This document shows positions 47,940-57,509 of a stretch of DNA of 64,000 nucleotides, one piece after another. This DNA is from Syntrophales bacterium. Its GTDB lineage: Bacteria; Desulfobacterota; Syntrophia; Syntrophales; PHBD01. The notes under the pieces are model-generated. The model made no database searches, was not told where the DNA came from, and saw only the letters and a list, made by a program, of their open reading frames with translations. Within the stretch, counting starts at the first letter, position 1. Every line of letters starts with the position of its first letter. Location: positions 3,744,001 through 3,808,000 of the forward strand of contig OY764159.1 of assembly GCA_963668175.1 (NCBI GenBank), written 5' to 3'. The translations under genes were made by a program, and so were the position numbers.

Positions 47940-47951
47940 TGCATCGCAGCA
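47940..47951. promoter_or_regulatory. Candidate PhaR operator
   Basis: TGCATCGCAGCA (TGC-N3-GCA core) about 10 bp from the -35 box, between the phasin-like genes and phaR. Confidence 0.6.
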
Positions 47952-48107
47952 ATATCCGTTCTATCCGGATCCTGTCTTTGATTTGTCTTCCATAGGTACT
48001 TCTTTGCAATTACTGATTATTTTACAATCATTAAAAATACCGCAATCAACGCTTGATTTATTTTTTGCATTGTGCCATTAATCTTCGCGCATCAGGAGAT
48101 GGGGATT

Positions 48108-48629
48108 ATGGCTGAACCGCTGCTTATCAAGAAATACGAAAACAGACGGCTGTACGATACGGAAAAGAGTACTTATATCCGGCTTGACGATATCGCCGGC
48201 TTCATCAAGCAGGGTCGTATCGTGAAGGTCGTGGACGCTAAGACCAACGCGGACGTCACGGCCTTCATCCTGACACAGATCGTCCTCGAACAATCGAAAG
48301 AAAACAGCCTTCTGCCCGTCTCCATGCTCCATATGATCATCCAGTACGGGGATAATGTCTTGAACGATTTTTTTGAAAACTACCTGCAACAAATACTGAA
48401 CAACTATCTCTCGTACCGGGCCATGGCCGATGACAGCTTCAGACAGTGGCTGGACCTGGGTATGGATTTCTCCCAGGCCGCTCAGGAAACCATCCACAAG
48501 ATGACACCCCTCAGGCGGTTTATGGATATGTTTCCGGACAAGCCGCCCGCGCCCTCGTCATCCGCTCCGCAGGATGAAGCCCCGGACAGGCAAAAGGCAA
48601 AAAGTCGCGGGAAGAAAATGGAGAAGTAA
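48108..48629 (+). CDS. phaR: PHA synthesis regulator PhaR
   Basis: IKKYENRRLYDTEKSTYI.L..I, VVDAKT..DVT..IL.QI; AGGAG RBS. Confidence 0.92.
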   Translation: MAEPLLIKKYENRRLYDTEKSTYIRLDDIAGFIKQGRIVKVVDAKTNADVTAFILTQIVLEQSKENSLLPVSMLHMIIQYGDNVLNDFFENYLQQILNNYLSYRAMADDSFRQWLDLGMDFSQAAQETIHKMTPLRRFMDMFPDKPPAPSSSAPQDEAPDRQKAKSRGKKMEK

Positions 48630-49134
48630 TCCCCTTCGCGTCTGCGTTATCTTCCTCCCACCCGAAATCGGACGCCGCTGCCGATATCCCTCCCTCACCG
48701 CAAGACCGTTACACCATCCTCAGATACCGGACAATGAAACCGCCGGCCTGCCCGGCTCGCATGGTTCGAGATATCTCTACGCCAATATCGCCGAAATCCG
48801 CCGATTATCTCATCCATGGCGATTTTGAACTCTAATTCCTCCGCTGTCAAGAAGAAACATAAGCACAATTTTAATCTTCCATAGGGGAAATACATTAAAG
48901 CATGCCTTCTGAGGATAGCCTGTAAGAGAGGGGCTTGTTCCTCCGATATGGACCCTCCACGATGAAATAAGGTCTTTTCTTCATTACAAATGGGGTATCC
49001 GACTGATTTACTCCTCCGGCCTTCCTGTTAATATGGCTCCCGAAAGAAAAGGTACGGCGCTTGGCAGTGATAGGCCGTATCCGCAACGACCCGGCCGGTC
49101 ATTCTTATTAAAAGCTTTCGTTCGAGGTGAAAAC

Positions 49135-49740
49135 ATGGCGCAGAAAAAATCAACGGAAAAGACAGATGACGGTTTCAAAATCGGCGATAAACTCAAGACT
49201 TTAAGGGAGAAGAAGAAGCTGACCATCCATGACCTCGCGGCCAAGTCCGGAGTGGTAAAGACTGTCCTGGCCGATATCGAAGAGAACAAGATCATCCCCC
49301 CCGTGGCTACCCTTTTGACCATCGCCTCCGCGTTGGACGTCGGTATGGCTGACTTCTTCAGCGACGATCTCACCGACGAGACGATCTCTCTGACCAGGGC
49401 CGGCGAAAGGACCAAGATCAAACGGAGGCCACACCACATCCTCGAAGGCGAAGTCAGCTACATTTACGAGTCCCTGGAAACAAAGAAACCCAAGAAACAC
49501 ATGGAACCCCTCTTCGTGGAATTCCTCCCGGCTGAAACGAGCGACATGGTCTTCACCAGCCACAGGGGCGAAGAGTTTGTCTTCCTCGTGGAAGGCAGTC
49601 TGGAATTCAGAACCGACGACCGCGTCGAGGTTCTGAAACCCGGCGACAGTCTCTACTTTGAATCACACATCAACCACAGTTTTCGGGGTTTAAAAAACAA
49701 ATCGGCCAAGGCGATCGTCGTCGTCTGGAGCAGACTGTAA
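49135..49740 (+). CDS. XRE-family regulator with a cupin domain
   Basis: HTH N-terminus; H.GEEFVFL.EG, L.PGDSLYF.S...H. Confidence 0.9.
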   Translation: MAQKKSTEKTDDGFKIGDKLKTLREKKKLTIHDLAAKSGVVKTVLADIEENKIIPPVATLLTIASALDVGMADFFSDDLTDETISLTRAGERTKIKRRPHHILEGEVSYIYESLETKKPKKHMEPLFVEFLPAETSDMVFTSHRGEEFVFLVEGSLEFRTDDRVEVLKPGDSLYFESHINHSFRGLKNKSAKAIVVVWSRL

Positions 49741-49752
49741 TCTGGAGGTATT

Positions 49753-50331
49753 ATGCTGGAGATACGCTTTCACGGACGCGGCGGCCAGGGGACGGTCGTA
49801 TTGTCCATCCTGCTCGCCAAGGCCTTTTTTCAGGCAGGATTTCAGGTCCAGAGTTTCCCCTTTTTCGGCGTCGAGCGCAGGGGAGCCCCGGTCGAAGCCT
49901 ACCTGCGCCTGGACCAGAAAAAGATTCTTGCCAGAACCAATGTAACGACGCCGGACCACGTCGTCGTTCAGGACCAGACATTGCTTAACAGTATCGATCT
50001 TACAAAGGGCTTGCGTCCCGGCGGCTGGGTGTTGCTCAACGGCACAGCCCAATCGGTCGACGTAGACCGTTTTCCTCACCAAAGGATAGCTGTCGTCGAC
50101 GCCGGCAAGATCGCCCTGAAGCACGAACTGGGGAGCCGCACGCATCCCATCGTCAATACGGCCATGATGGGCGCATTCGCCCGCATGATGGAAATGCCGC
50201 CGATGGACGCCATCGTCGCGGCCATCCGTGAGGAAGTGCCCGCCGAACCGGACAGGAATATCGCCGCGGCTGAAGAGGCCTATCGCGAAGTCCAGTTCAT
50301 CAGAAATATCATCAGCGAGGATCGAAAATGA
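49753..50331 (+). CDS. porC: 2-oxoacid:acceptor oxidoreductase gamma subunit
   Basis: EIRFHGRGGQG, FG.ERRGAPV, IVNTAM.GA. Confidence 0.92.
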   Translation: MLEIRFHGRGGQGTVVLSILLAKAFFQAGFQVQSFPFFGVERRGAPVEAYLRLDQKKILARTNVTTPDHVVVQDQTLLNSIDLTKGLRPGGWVLLNGTAQSVDVDRFPHQRIAVVDAGKIALKHELGSRTHPIVNTAMMGAFARMMEMPPMDAIVAAIREEVPAEPDRNIAAAEEAYREVQFIRNIISEDRK

Positions 50332-52076
50332 ACACAGCGACCCAAGATACCAAAGCTTTATACATGCCTCGTTCCCACGAAACGACGGAAAGCAACAAGA
50401 CCGGATCATGGCGCTACCTCCGCCCCCGGTATGAGGAAAAGACATCTCCGTGCAGCAACGCCTGCCCGGCGGGGGAAGATATCGCCAGGATCGAGATGCT
50501 TACCACCCAGGCATCGTTCAAGGAAGCATGGGAAACCATTCTCATGGAGAATCCGTTTCCCGGGGTGTGCGGATGTGTCTGCTTTCATCCCTGCGAGAAT
50601 AACTGCAACCGGCAGCATTTCGACTCCGCCATCGCGATCAATAAAATAGAACGTTTCCTCGCCGATACCGCTCTTCGCAACGAACTCAAGCCCTTCCTGA
50701 CAAAACGCTCCGGCCAGCCCGAGAAGATCGCCGTCATCGGCGCCGGTCCCGCGGGCCTTTCCGCCGCCTGGTTTCTCAACATGCTGGGATACGCCTGCGA
50801 TGTCTTCGAATCCCAGGACGAACCGGGAGGCATCCTGCGGTGGGGCATTCCCGAATATCGCCTGCCGCTGGCCGTTCTGAAAACCGAAATCTCCAGGATC
50901 GAGGACCAGGGGATTAATATCCTCACCGGACAGAAGGTGTCGGAAAAGCGCCTGGAGGAGATTCGCAAGCAATACAAGGCCGTCTTCCTCGGTTGCGGTT
51001 ATTCCCTGAGCACGCCCCTCGGGATTTCCGGGGAGACGGAAGAAACCGTTCTGGACGGTCTGGCCTTTCTCCATAAAGTCAGAAACGGCGAGAAACCATC
51101 ATGTGATGGCGTCTCGGCCGTCATCGGCGGCGGCAACACCGCCATCGATGTGGCCCGTACGATCGTAAGGCTGGGAGGAAAGGCCGTAATCCTCTACCGG
51201 CGGAGAAGAGCGGACATGCCCGCCTTCGAGGACGAAGTGATCATGGCCCTGGACGAGGGCGTGGAATTGAACGAGCTGCTGGCTCCCGCCGGTATCGACA
51301 CACAAGGCGGTAAGAAGCTTCTGACCATGAAGAGAATGAAGGTCGAAGGCCAGGACAAAGACGGGCGGGGGCGGATCGTTCCCGCCGGCGACCAAACCGT
51401 CACGGTCACCGTCGACAGGGTCTTCACGGCGACGGGCGCCGGTGCGGACGAAACCTGGTACAATCCTCCCACGGCTGAGAAGGGCGTCAAGCCGTTCAGT
51501 CACTGTACGCTCGTAACCCGCGACGGAGCCCCGTTCCTTTACGGAGGCGATCTGACCAACGGCATCAAAAACGTCACGCAGGCCATTGCCTCGGGAAAAC
51601 AGGCGGCCATGATCCTGGATACATACTTCCGGGAAGGCATGGACCGCATCGTCCCCAGGCTCGAAGAATGCACGGTGGGCAGCGGCCCGTCCCTATCCAT
51701 GGAAATCTACATGGGCGGCCCCCGCAGCAAGCGCAGCCCCCACGTTGTCCAGTACAGCGAGATCAATACCGATTATTTTCAATTCGAACCCCGGATCTCC
51801 CAACCGCGTCTGCTGGCGGAGGAACGGGTAAAGACCTTTGCCGAGATCGATCTGAAGATATCGGCAAACCTGGCCATTCGCGAGGCGGAACGGTGTTTCA
51901 ACTGCGGCGTCTGCAACCAGTGCGACAATTGTTACCTCTTTTGCCCCGATGTCGCCGCACTCAGGGAAAGCAACAAGGAAAACCGCCATATCGACTACGA
52001 TTATTGCAAAGGCTGCGGCCTCTGTGCGGCGGAATGCCCCCGCAACGCAATGACGCTTGGAGAGGAGGGGATATAA
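50328..52076 (+). CDS. GltD/NfnB-like FAD-FeS protein fused to a PorD-type 2x[4Fe-4S] domain
   Basis: TGSWR..RP, PC..ACPAG, C.HPCE..CNR, GAGPAG, GGGNTA.D, YRR; C-terminal CNQCDNC...CP and CKGCGLC...CP. Confidence 0.88.
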   Translation: MNTATQDTKALYMPRSHETTESNKTGSWRYLRPRYEEKTSPCSNACPAGEDIARIEMLTTQASFKEAWETILMENPFPGVCGCVCFHPCENNCNRQHFDSAIAINKIERFLADTALRNELKPFLTKRSGQPEKIAVIGAGPAGLSAAWFLNMLGYACDVFESQDEPGGILRWGIPEYRLPLAVLKTEISRIEDQGINILTGQKVSEKRLEEIRKQYKAVFLGCGYSLSTPLGISGETEETVLDGLAFLHKVRNGEKPSCDGVSAVIGGGNTAIDVARTIVRLGGKAVILYRRRRADMPAFEDEVIMALDEGVELNELLAPAGIDTQGGKKLLTMKRMKVEGQDKDGRGRIVPAGDQTVTVTVDRVFTATGAGADETWYNPPTAEKGVKPFSHCTLVTRDGAPFLYGGDLTNGIKNVTQAIASGKQAAMILDTYFREGMDRIVPRLEECTVGSGPSLSMEIYMGGPRSKRSPHVVQYSEINTDYFQFEPRISQPRLLAEERVKTFAEIDLKISANLAIREAERCFNCGVCNQCDNCYLFCPDVAALRESNKENRHIDYDYCKGCGLCAAECPRNAMTLGEEGI

Positions 52077-52077
52077 T

Positions 52078-53247
52078 ATGAAACGGGTACTTGAAGGAAG
52101 CCAGTCCGTCGCCGAAGCCGTGCGGATGGCCAAGGTTCAGGTCGTATCGGCCTATCCGATCACGCCGCAGACGCACATCGTGGAGATCATCTCCGATTAC
52201 TGCGCTACCGGCAAGATGGACGCGCGGTTCCTGCGCGTAGAGAGCGAGCACTCCTGCCTGGCCGCCCTGATCGGCGCCGAAAGCATGGGCGTGCGCACCT
52301 TTACGGCGACATCCTCCCAGGGTCTGGCTCTGATGCACGAGCTCCTGCACTGGGCATCCGGCGCCCGCCTTCCTATTGTCATGGCCGAGGTCAACCGGGC
52401 CCTCGCCCCCGGCTGGAACATCTGGACGGACCAGAGCGACAGCCTATCCCAGCGCGATACGGGATGGCTCCAATTCTACTGCGAAGACGGCCAGGAAGTC
52501 TACGACACGACGCTCCAGTCTTTCCGCCTGGCCGAGACGATCAACCTTCCGGTCATGGTGGTACTGGATGCCTTTCTCCTTTCCCACACGTACGAACCGG
52601 TGGACGTCCCCGAACAGGAGGCCGTCGACCGCTTCCTGCCCCCGTATAAGCCGGAGTTTCGTCTGGATACGCGGGACCCCTTCGCCTTGAGCCCGCTGGT
52701 AACGCCGGTCAACTACATGGAGATGCGATACGATATCGCCACGGCCATGGACGAGGCGAGGGTGCGTTTCAACGATATCGAGAATGAATTTGCAGGCATC
52801 TTCGACCGCCGTTACGGACCGATCGAGGCCATTGCCTGCGACGATGCGGAGATTGTCCTCGTAACATCGGGAACCATGACCAGCACGGCCCGCCAGCTTC
52901 TCGAGGAACTGCGGGCCAAGGGCGAGCGGATCGGCGTCCTGAAGATCAAAATGTTCCGGCCGTTCCCCGTTGAGGAGGTCCGCAGGGCCTTAAAGAGTGC
53001 CCGGAAAGTGGCCGTGATCGACCGGAATTTCTCTTTCGGCGCGAGCGGCATCTTCGCCCAGGAAATCAGGGCCGCCCTTTGCAACGTACCCGGTCATCCG
53101 CCCGTATTCGGATACATCGCCGGGCTCGGAGGCCGGGATGTAACGACATCCGTGCTGTCGGATATCTACAACCGGACCAAAACCAGCAACGTCCCTGCAA
53201 CGGAAAGCATCTGGGTGGGGCTTCAGGAGGTGAAACGTGCAAATTGA
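52078..53247 (+). CDS. porA: 2-oxoacid:ferredoxin oxidoreductase alpha subunit
   Basis: AYPITPQT, VESEHS, TATSSQGL, FRPFP, GLGGRD. Confidence 0.93.
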   Translation: MKRVLEGSQSVAEAVRMAKVQVVSAYPITPQTHIVEIISDYCATGKMDARFLRVESEHSCLAALIGAESMGVRTFTATSSQGLALMHELLHWASGARLPIVMAEVNRALAPGWNIWTDQSDSLSQRDTGWLQFYCEDGQEVYDTTLQSFRLAETINLPVMVVLDAFLLSHTYEPVDVPEQEAVDRFLPPYKPEFRLDTRDPFALSPLVTPVNYMEMRYDIATAMDEARVRFNDIENEFAGIFDRRYGPIEAIACDDAEIVLVTSGTMTSTARQLLEELRAKGERIGVLKIKMFRPFPVEEVRRALKSARKVAVIDRNFSFGASGIFAQEIRAALCNVPGHPPVFGYIAGLGGRDVTTSVLSDIYNRTKTSNVPATESIWVGLQEVKRAN

Positions 53248-54118
53248 CGCTTTCGATCGTGAATATATGTGCTCGGGCCATGTCGGATGCCCGGGCTGCG
53301 GTGCAACCATCGCCATGCGCTTTGTGATGAAAGCCTTGGGCGAAAAAACGGTCATGGTCCTTCCCGCCTGCTGCTGGTCGGTTATTTCCGGGCCGTATCC
53401 CCAGTCGACCATGAAGATTCCGGTTCTCCACACGGCCTTTGAAACAGGCGGCGCGGCGGCCAGCGGCGTCCGGGCGGCCCTCGACATGAAGGGCGATACC
53501 GATACGACCGTCATCACCTGGGCCGGCGACGGCGGGACATTCGACATCGGCTTCCAGGCCTTAAGCGGGGCCGTCGAGCGGAACGAAGACTTCATCTATA
53601 TCTGCTACGACAACGAGGCTTACATGAACACGGGCATCCAGCGAAGCTCGTCCACGCCTTACGGAGCCTGGACGACGACGACGCCGGGACAGGATTGGAA
53701 GAAGATGCGGAAAAAGAACATCGTGGAATCCCTTGTCGCCCACCGCATCCCCTATGCGGCCACGGCCAATATCGCTTTTCCGGAAGATCTGGTCCGCAAG
53801 GCGAGGAAAGCCCGTGAAGTGAAAGGCTCCCGGTTCCTGCATATCTACGCAAGCTGCCCGACCGGCTGGAAGATTCCCTCCGAGTTGTCCGTAAAGATCG
53901 CCCGGATGGCCGTGCAAACCAATATTTTTCCCCTCTACGAAGTTGAAGACGGCGTCCGCTATACGATCAATTACCGGCCGAAGGAGTATCTCGTCCGGGA
54001 ATACTTCAAACTTCAGGGACGTTTCCGGCACCTGACCGACCAGGACCTCGACCATATCCAGCAGATGGTGGACGAAGACTGGGCGCTTCTCTTGAGAAAG
54101 GCGGGCGAACGTTTGTAA
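53237..54118 (+). CDS. porB: 2-oxoacid:ferredoxin oxidoreductase beta subunit (TPP-binding)
   Basis: GH..CPGCG, GDGG, DNEAYMNTG.Q, CPTGW. Confidence 0.93.
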   Translation: MQIDAFDREYMCSGHVGCPGCGATIAMRFVMKALGEKTVMVLPACCWSVISGPYPQSTMKIPVLHTAFETGGAAASGVRAALDMKGDTDTTVITWAGDGGTFDIGFQALSGAVERNEDFIYICYDNEAYMNTGIQRSSSTPYGAWTTTTPGQDWKKMRKKNIVESLVAHRIPYAATANIAFPEDLVRKARKAREVKGSRFLHIYASCPTGWKIPSELSVKIARMAVQTNIFPLYEVEDGVRYTINYRPKEYLVREYFKLQGRFRHLTDQDLDHIQQMVDEDWALLLRKAGERL

Positions 54119-54152
54119 CTGCTCAGACGGACCAATCATCCGGATAAAAGAA

Positions 54153-54191
54153 GAGGCACAGGCGGTTCCAAAGCCTGTGCCTCACTTTTTT
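54153..54191. terminator. Bidirectional intrinsic terminator
   Basis: GAGGCACAGGC...GCCTGTGCCTC flanked by A-rich and T-rich tracts. Confidence 0.8.
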
Positions 54192-54274
54192 CAAACAGTC
54201 TGATCTCGGCCGGAACGTTGTTACGGACCTTCTCTTTCGCTTTTTCCAGACAGGTCCCTGCACCTGATAGATAT

Positions 54275-55534
54275 CTACTGGGCCTTCTGTACTTTCTTCG
54301 CTTTCTTGCCCTTTTTCTTCACAACCTTCTTGGCGGCCTTCTTCTCAGGCTTCGCTTCCATGACGCCGTCGTCAACCTTGCCGGACGAATCGAAGACGGC
54401 CTGGACCCTGCGGTTTTTCTGCCGTCCCTCCGCCGTGCCGTTATCCGCAATGGGTTTGTCCGGACCGAAACCGACCGCTTTCAGGCGGGCGGGAGCGATT
54501 TTGAACTTTTTCACGAGGTAATTCTTGATGCTGTTGGCCCTGTCCTGGGACAGCCTCATATTCTTGGCATGCTTGCCGACGTTGTCCGTATGGCCTTCGA
54601 TCACGGCCGTCGTTTCGGGATACTGGTTCATGTAATCGGCCACTCTCTTGATCTCGTCGTGATACTTGGCCTTGACATTCGACTTGCCCGTATCGAATTC
54701 CACCGCCAGCTCGATGGTGGGCTTCGCTTCCGCTTCCGCCGGAGCGGCTGCCGCCTGCTTACGTTCTTCGACCACCGGGGGAGGAGGCTCCGGTTTTGCC
54801 TTTACTTCCGGTTTTGGAGCAGCCTTGCTGAGAAACACTTTTTCCACGTAATCGCCCATGGCGGCGCTGGCGGCGATATCATCCCCGCTCGTATAGAAGC
54901 CGCACCCTCCCGCCTCGGCGACCCGCTGGAGCAGTTTCTTGCCGCTGGGATGATCGCCCATCTGGATCGTATAGATGCAGACCCTGCTGCCGTACTGTCC
55001 TTTCATCCTTTCAGCCGCCTGGACGGGGCCGTCATCCTGATCCTGGCCGTCGCTTACGATGATTACGGCCATCTGCCCCTTCGCCGTTTTCAGATCGCCC
55101 GTCGCGCCGTCGATGGCTGCCGCCAGAGGCGTCTGGCCGCCATCACGGCCCAGATTGCCCAGAGCTTCTGTCAAACCTCCTTTTGTATATGGAGTCAGGC
55201 CCCAAACGAGCTTTGAATTTTCAAGGCTCATACCCTCGAGGTAACCGAATGACCGCAGGCCGGCATCGAGCTTCAGGTCAGGAATGGTCTGGTTCATCCG
55301 CTTGATCGTCTCGGCTCCCTGGATCAATTTTGTTGCCCCGCCGTAATTTTCCGACATGGATAAAGAGACATCGTCCAGGATGAGAAAAGTGTCCACCTTC
55401 TGGGCAAGCTGCCCGCTTTGCAGCTTCGGGTTGAGATCAACCGGTGTGAAGACGGTCTGCGGCATCTGGGCCGCACATCCTGTAAAAACGGCACAAATAA
55501 AAACGATAAGCAACTTGAACGATCGTTTCTTCAT
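54275..55534 (-). CDS. OmpA-family lipoprotein with a vWA domain and a Lys-rich tail
   Basis: Lipobox FTGC; MIDAS-like D.S.SM, TPL, SDG; EGHTD, LSQDRA, NRRV. Confidence 0.88.
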   Translation of the reverse strand: MKKRSFKLLIVFICAVFTGCAAQMPQTVFTPVDLNPKLQSGQLAQKVDTFLILDDVSLSMSENYGGATKLIQGAETIKRMNQTIPDLKLDAGLRSFGYLEGMSLENSKLVWGLTPYTKGGLTEALGNLGRDGGQTPLAAAIDGATGDLKTAKGQMAVIIVSDGQDQDDGPVQAAERMKGQYGSRVCIYTIQMGDHPSGKKLLQRVAEAGGCGFYTSGDDIAASAAMGDYVEKVFLSKAAPKPEVKAKPEPPPPVVEERKQAAAAPAEAEAKPTIELAVEFDTGKSNVKAKYHDEIKRVADYMNQYPETTAVIEGHTDNVGKHAKNMRLSQDRANSIKNYLVKKFKIAPARLKAVGFGPDKPIADNGTAEGRQKNRRVQAVFDSSGKVDDGVMEAKPEKKAAKKVVKKKGKKAKKVQKAQ

Positions 55535-55562
55535 GGCGTAGCCTCCTTACTTTCCGGTTTGG

Positions 55563-56492
55563 TTAAGGATTGGACTTCTTGGCCTTAAGTCTATCATAGA
55601 CTTCATCGTGCAGAGGGGTCGGTATGCCGAGGGCCTTGCCGGCTTTTACGATATATCCGGTGAAAGTTTCCAGTTCCGTCGGCTTCCCTTTTTCAAAATC
55701 GAGTTGAAGGGACGTCTTGGTCTCATACGGAAAAGCGCCGACCTTGCCGAGCGTCGCTTCGATGATATCCGGCGGCAGCTTGACACCTTTGGCCTTGGAA
55801 ATAAGCAAGGTCTCCTTGATCAATCCCATCAGCAGATCCCGCGAACCTTCGTCGGCCATAATGGCGCCGAAGGGCTTCATGAGCATCGACGTAATGCCCG
55901 CAGCCGGACTGATAAACACGAATTTCGTCCAGAGCGGCACCAAAGGATCGTTCGTCAATTCCGATTTAATGCCGGCTTTAAGGAAAAGTTCCTGGATAGG
56001 CTGGTAGGCCGAAACACTCCCGTTTTCCGGTCCGAAGATGAGCTGACAGGAACCGCCCACCTGCTTGACGGCCCCCGGCCCCTCAATGAATGCCGAAATG
56101 TAGACGCAGCCGCCCAAAACGTCGGCCTTAGGAAGCACCGTCCGCAGCCGCTCCGAAATGTCGACGCCGTTTAGAAGGGGAATGATAACCGTCTTTTCGT
56201 GAACGTTGCCGGCAATCTGGGATGCAGCCTGTTCCAGACCGTAACTCTTGACCGCGAACAGGACGATGTCGAAAGGCCCTGCTGCAGCCGGATTATCCGT
56301 CGCCATCGTCGGTACGGCCTTGAATGCACCGTCCTGCGTAACCAGCTGAAGTCCCTTCTGCTTAATCGCCTGGAGATGCTCCCCCCGCGCGATGAAAATC
56401 ACCTCATGCTCACTGGAAGCCCCGTAAGCAAGCGCCAGTTTACCTCCATAGAAACCTCCCACGCCTCCGATGCCGACACAAGCAATTCTCAT
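55563..56492 (-). CDS. panE: 2-dehydropantoate 2-reductase
   Basis: GIGGVGG, AVKSY, LNG, W.KF, SLQ.D...G..TE. Confidence 0.88.
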   Translation of the reverse strand: MRIACVGIGGVGGFYGGKLALAYGASSEHEVIFIARGEHLQAIKQKGLQLVTQDGAFKAVPTMATDNPAAAGPFDIVLFAVKSYGLEQAASQIAGNVHEKTVIIPLLNGVDISERLRTVLPKADVLGGCVYISAFIEGPGAVKQVGGSCQLIFGPENGSVSAYQPIQELFLKAGIKSELTNDPLVPLWTKFVFISPAAGITSMLMKPFGAIMADEGSRDLLMGLIKETLLISKAKGVKLPPDIIEATLGKVGAFPYETKTSLQLDFEKGKPTELETFTGYIVKAGKALGIPTPLHDEVYDRLKAKKSNP

Positions 56493-56617
56493 CTATCTGT
56501 TCCTCCTTCATTTGATCAATAGGTTTATGAACTTCTTGACAGGATTACCAATTTGCCATATGAAAATATTGAAAGACAAGGGTTGTCGTACTTAAAATCA
56601 TAACCGACGGATCAATC

Positions 56618-57037
56618 ATGGAATCAAGCTATTCAAAAAAGGTCGTCATTCGTTATTCGGCCGATAACGTGGATCAACCCATTATCTGTCAGCTTGTTAA
56701 GAAATTCGACCTACAGTTTAATATCCTGAAGGCCCGGATATTCCCGCGCAGGGAAGGCGTCATCGTCCTCGAACTCGGCGGCTCCCAGGAAGCCTTTGAC
56801 AGCGGAATCAGATTTCTCAAAGAGAAGGGATTGCGGGTCGAGCCGCTCTCCAAGAGCGTATTTCAGAACATAACCAAATGTGTTCACTGCGGTGCATGTA
56901 CGGCCTTCTGCCCCACGGACGCCCTTTCCATCGAGAGGCCGTCCATGCGGATCGTCTTCGATGCGGAGAAATGTAACGGCTGTGAGCATTGCGTAACGGC
57001 CTGCCCGGTCCGGGCGATGGAAGTCAACCTTTTCTGA
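56618..57037 (+). CDS. NIL-domain 2x[4Fe-4S] ferredoxin
   Basis: PII..LV..F.L.FNIL.A; CVHCGAC...CP and CNGCEHC...CP. Confidence 0.9.
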   Translation: MESSYSKKVVIRYSADNVDQPIICQLVKKFDLQFNILKARIFPRREGVIVLELGGSQEAFDSGIRFLKEKGLRVEPLSKSVFQNITKCVHCGACTAFCPTDALSIERPSMRIVFDAEKCNGCEHCVTACPVRAMEVNLF

Positions 57038-57098
57038 AGGGCGTCCACCCCGGCTCCAGCCTCTATTTCGAAGTGCGTGTCTCCGATCGATGTGAGTC

Positions 57099-57383
57099 CT
57101 ATTTACCCTTCTCGATCATGTCCTTGCCCTTCTCGTAGACGCCTTTTCCCTTCTGGTAAAGCTCTTTGGTCTGCGTCGTTCCCTTTTCAAGGGCCTCGCG
57201 GAAACCGGATGTCCCTTTATAATAAAAATACCCCGCAAGTCCCAGCAGTATAATCGTCGCATAGATGGCCATCTTGAAGAATTGCTTGGCGATAAAGAAA
57301 AGGAGCAAGGCGCCGACGATGATCAAACCGACGACGGCCGGGGGATGAGTCGATAAGTAATGGATCAGGCCTTCCACGAGCAA
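57099..57383 (-). CDS. Small two-TM hypothetical protein
   Basis: Two hydrophobic helices and an amphipathic tail; AAGGAG RBS. Confidence 0.6.
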   Translation of the reverse strand: MLVEGLIHYLSTHPPAVVGLIIVGALLLFFIAKQFFKMAIYATIILLGLAGYFYYKGTSGFREALEKGTTQTKELYQKGKGVYEKGKDMIEKGK

Positions 57384-57509
57384 ACTCCTTCGGTCTGTTC
57401 TTATTTAAAAATACTCTTTTCTCCGGTGAAAATCCAGAATTTCTTTAACCTTGACAAATCCTAAATGCGACGTCTAAGTATAGAACCGACCCGGAAAGGA
57501 CAGGCATTT

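Noticed and set aside
48630..49134. 500-bp gap after phaR with short ORFs and weak hairpins
   Set aside because: No RBS-supported ORF and no recognisable RNA motif.
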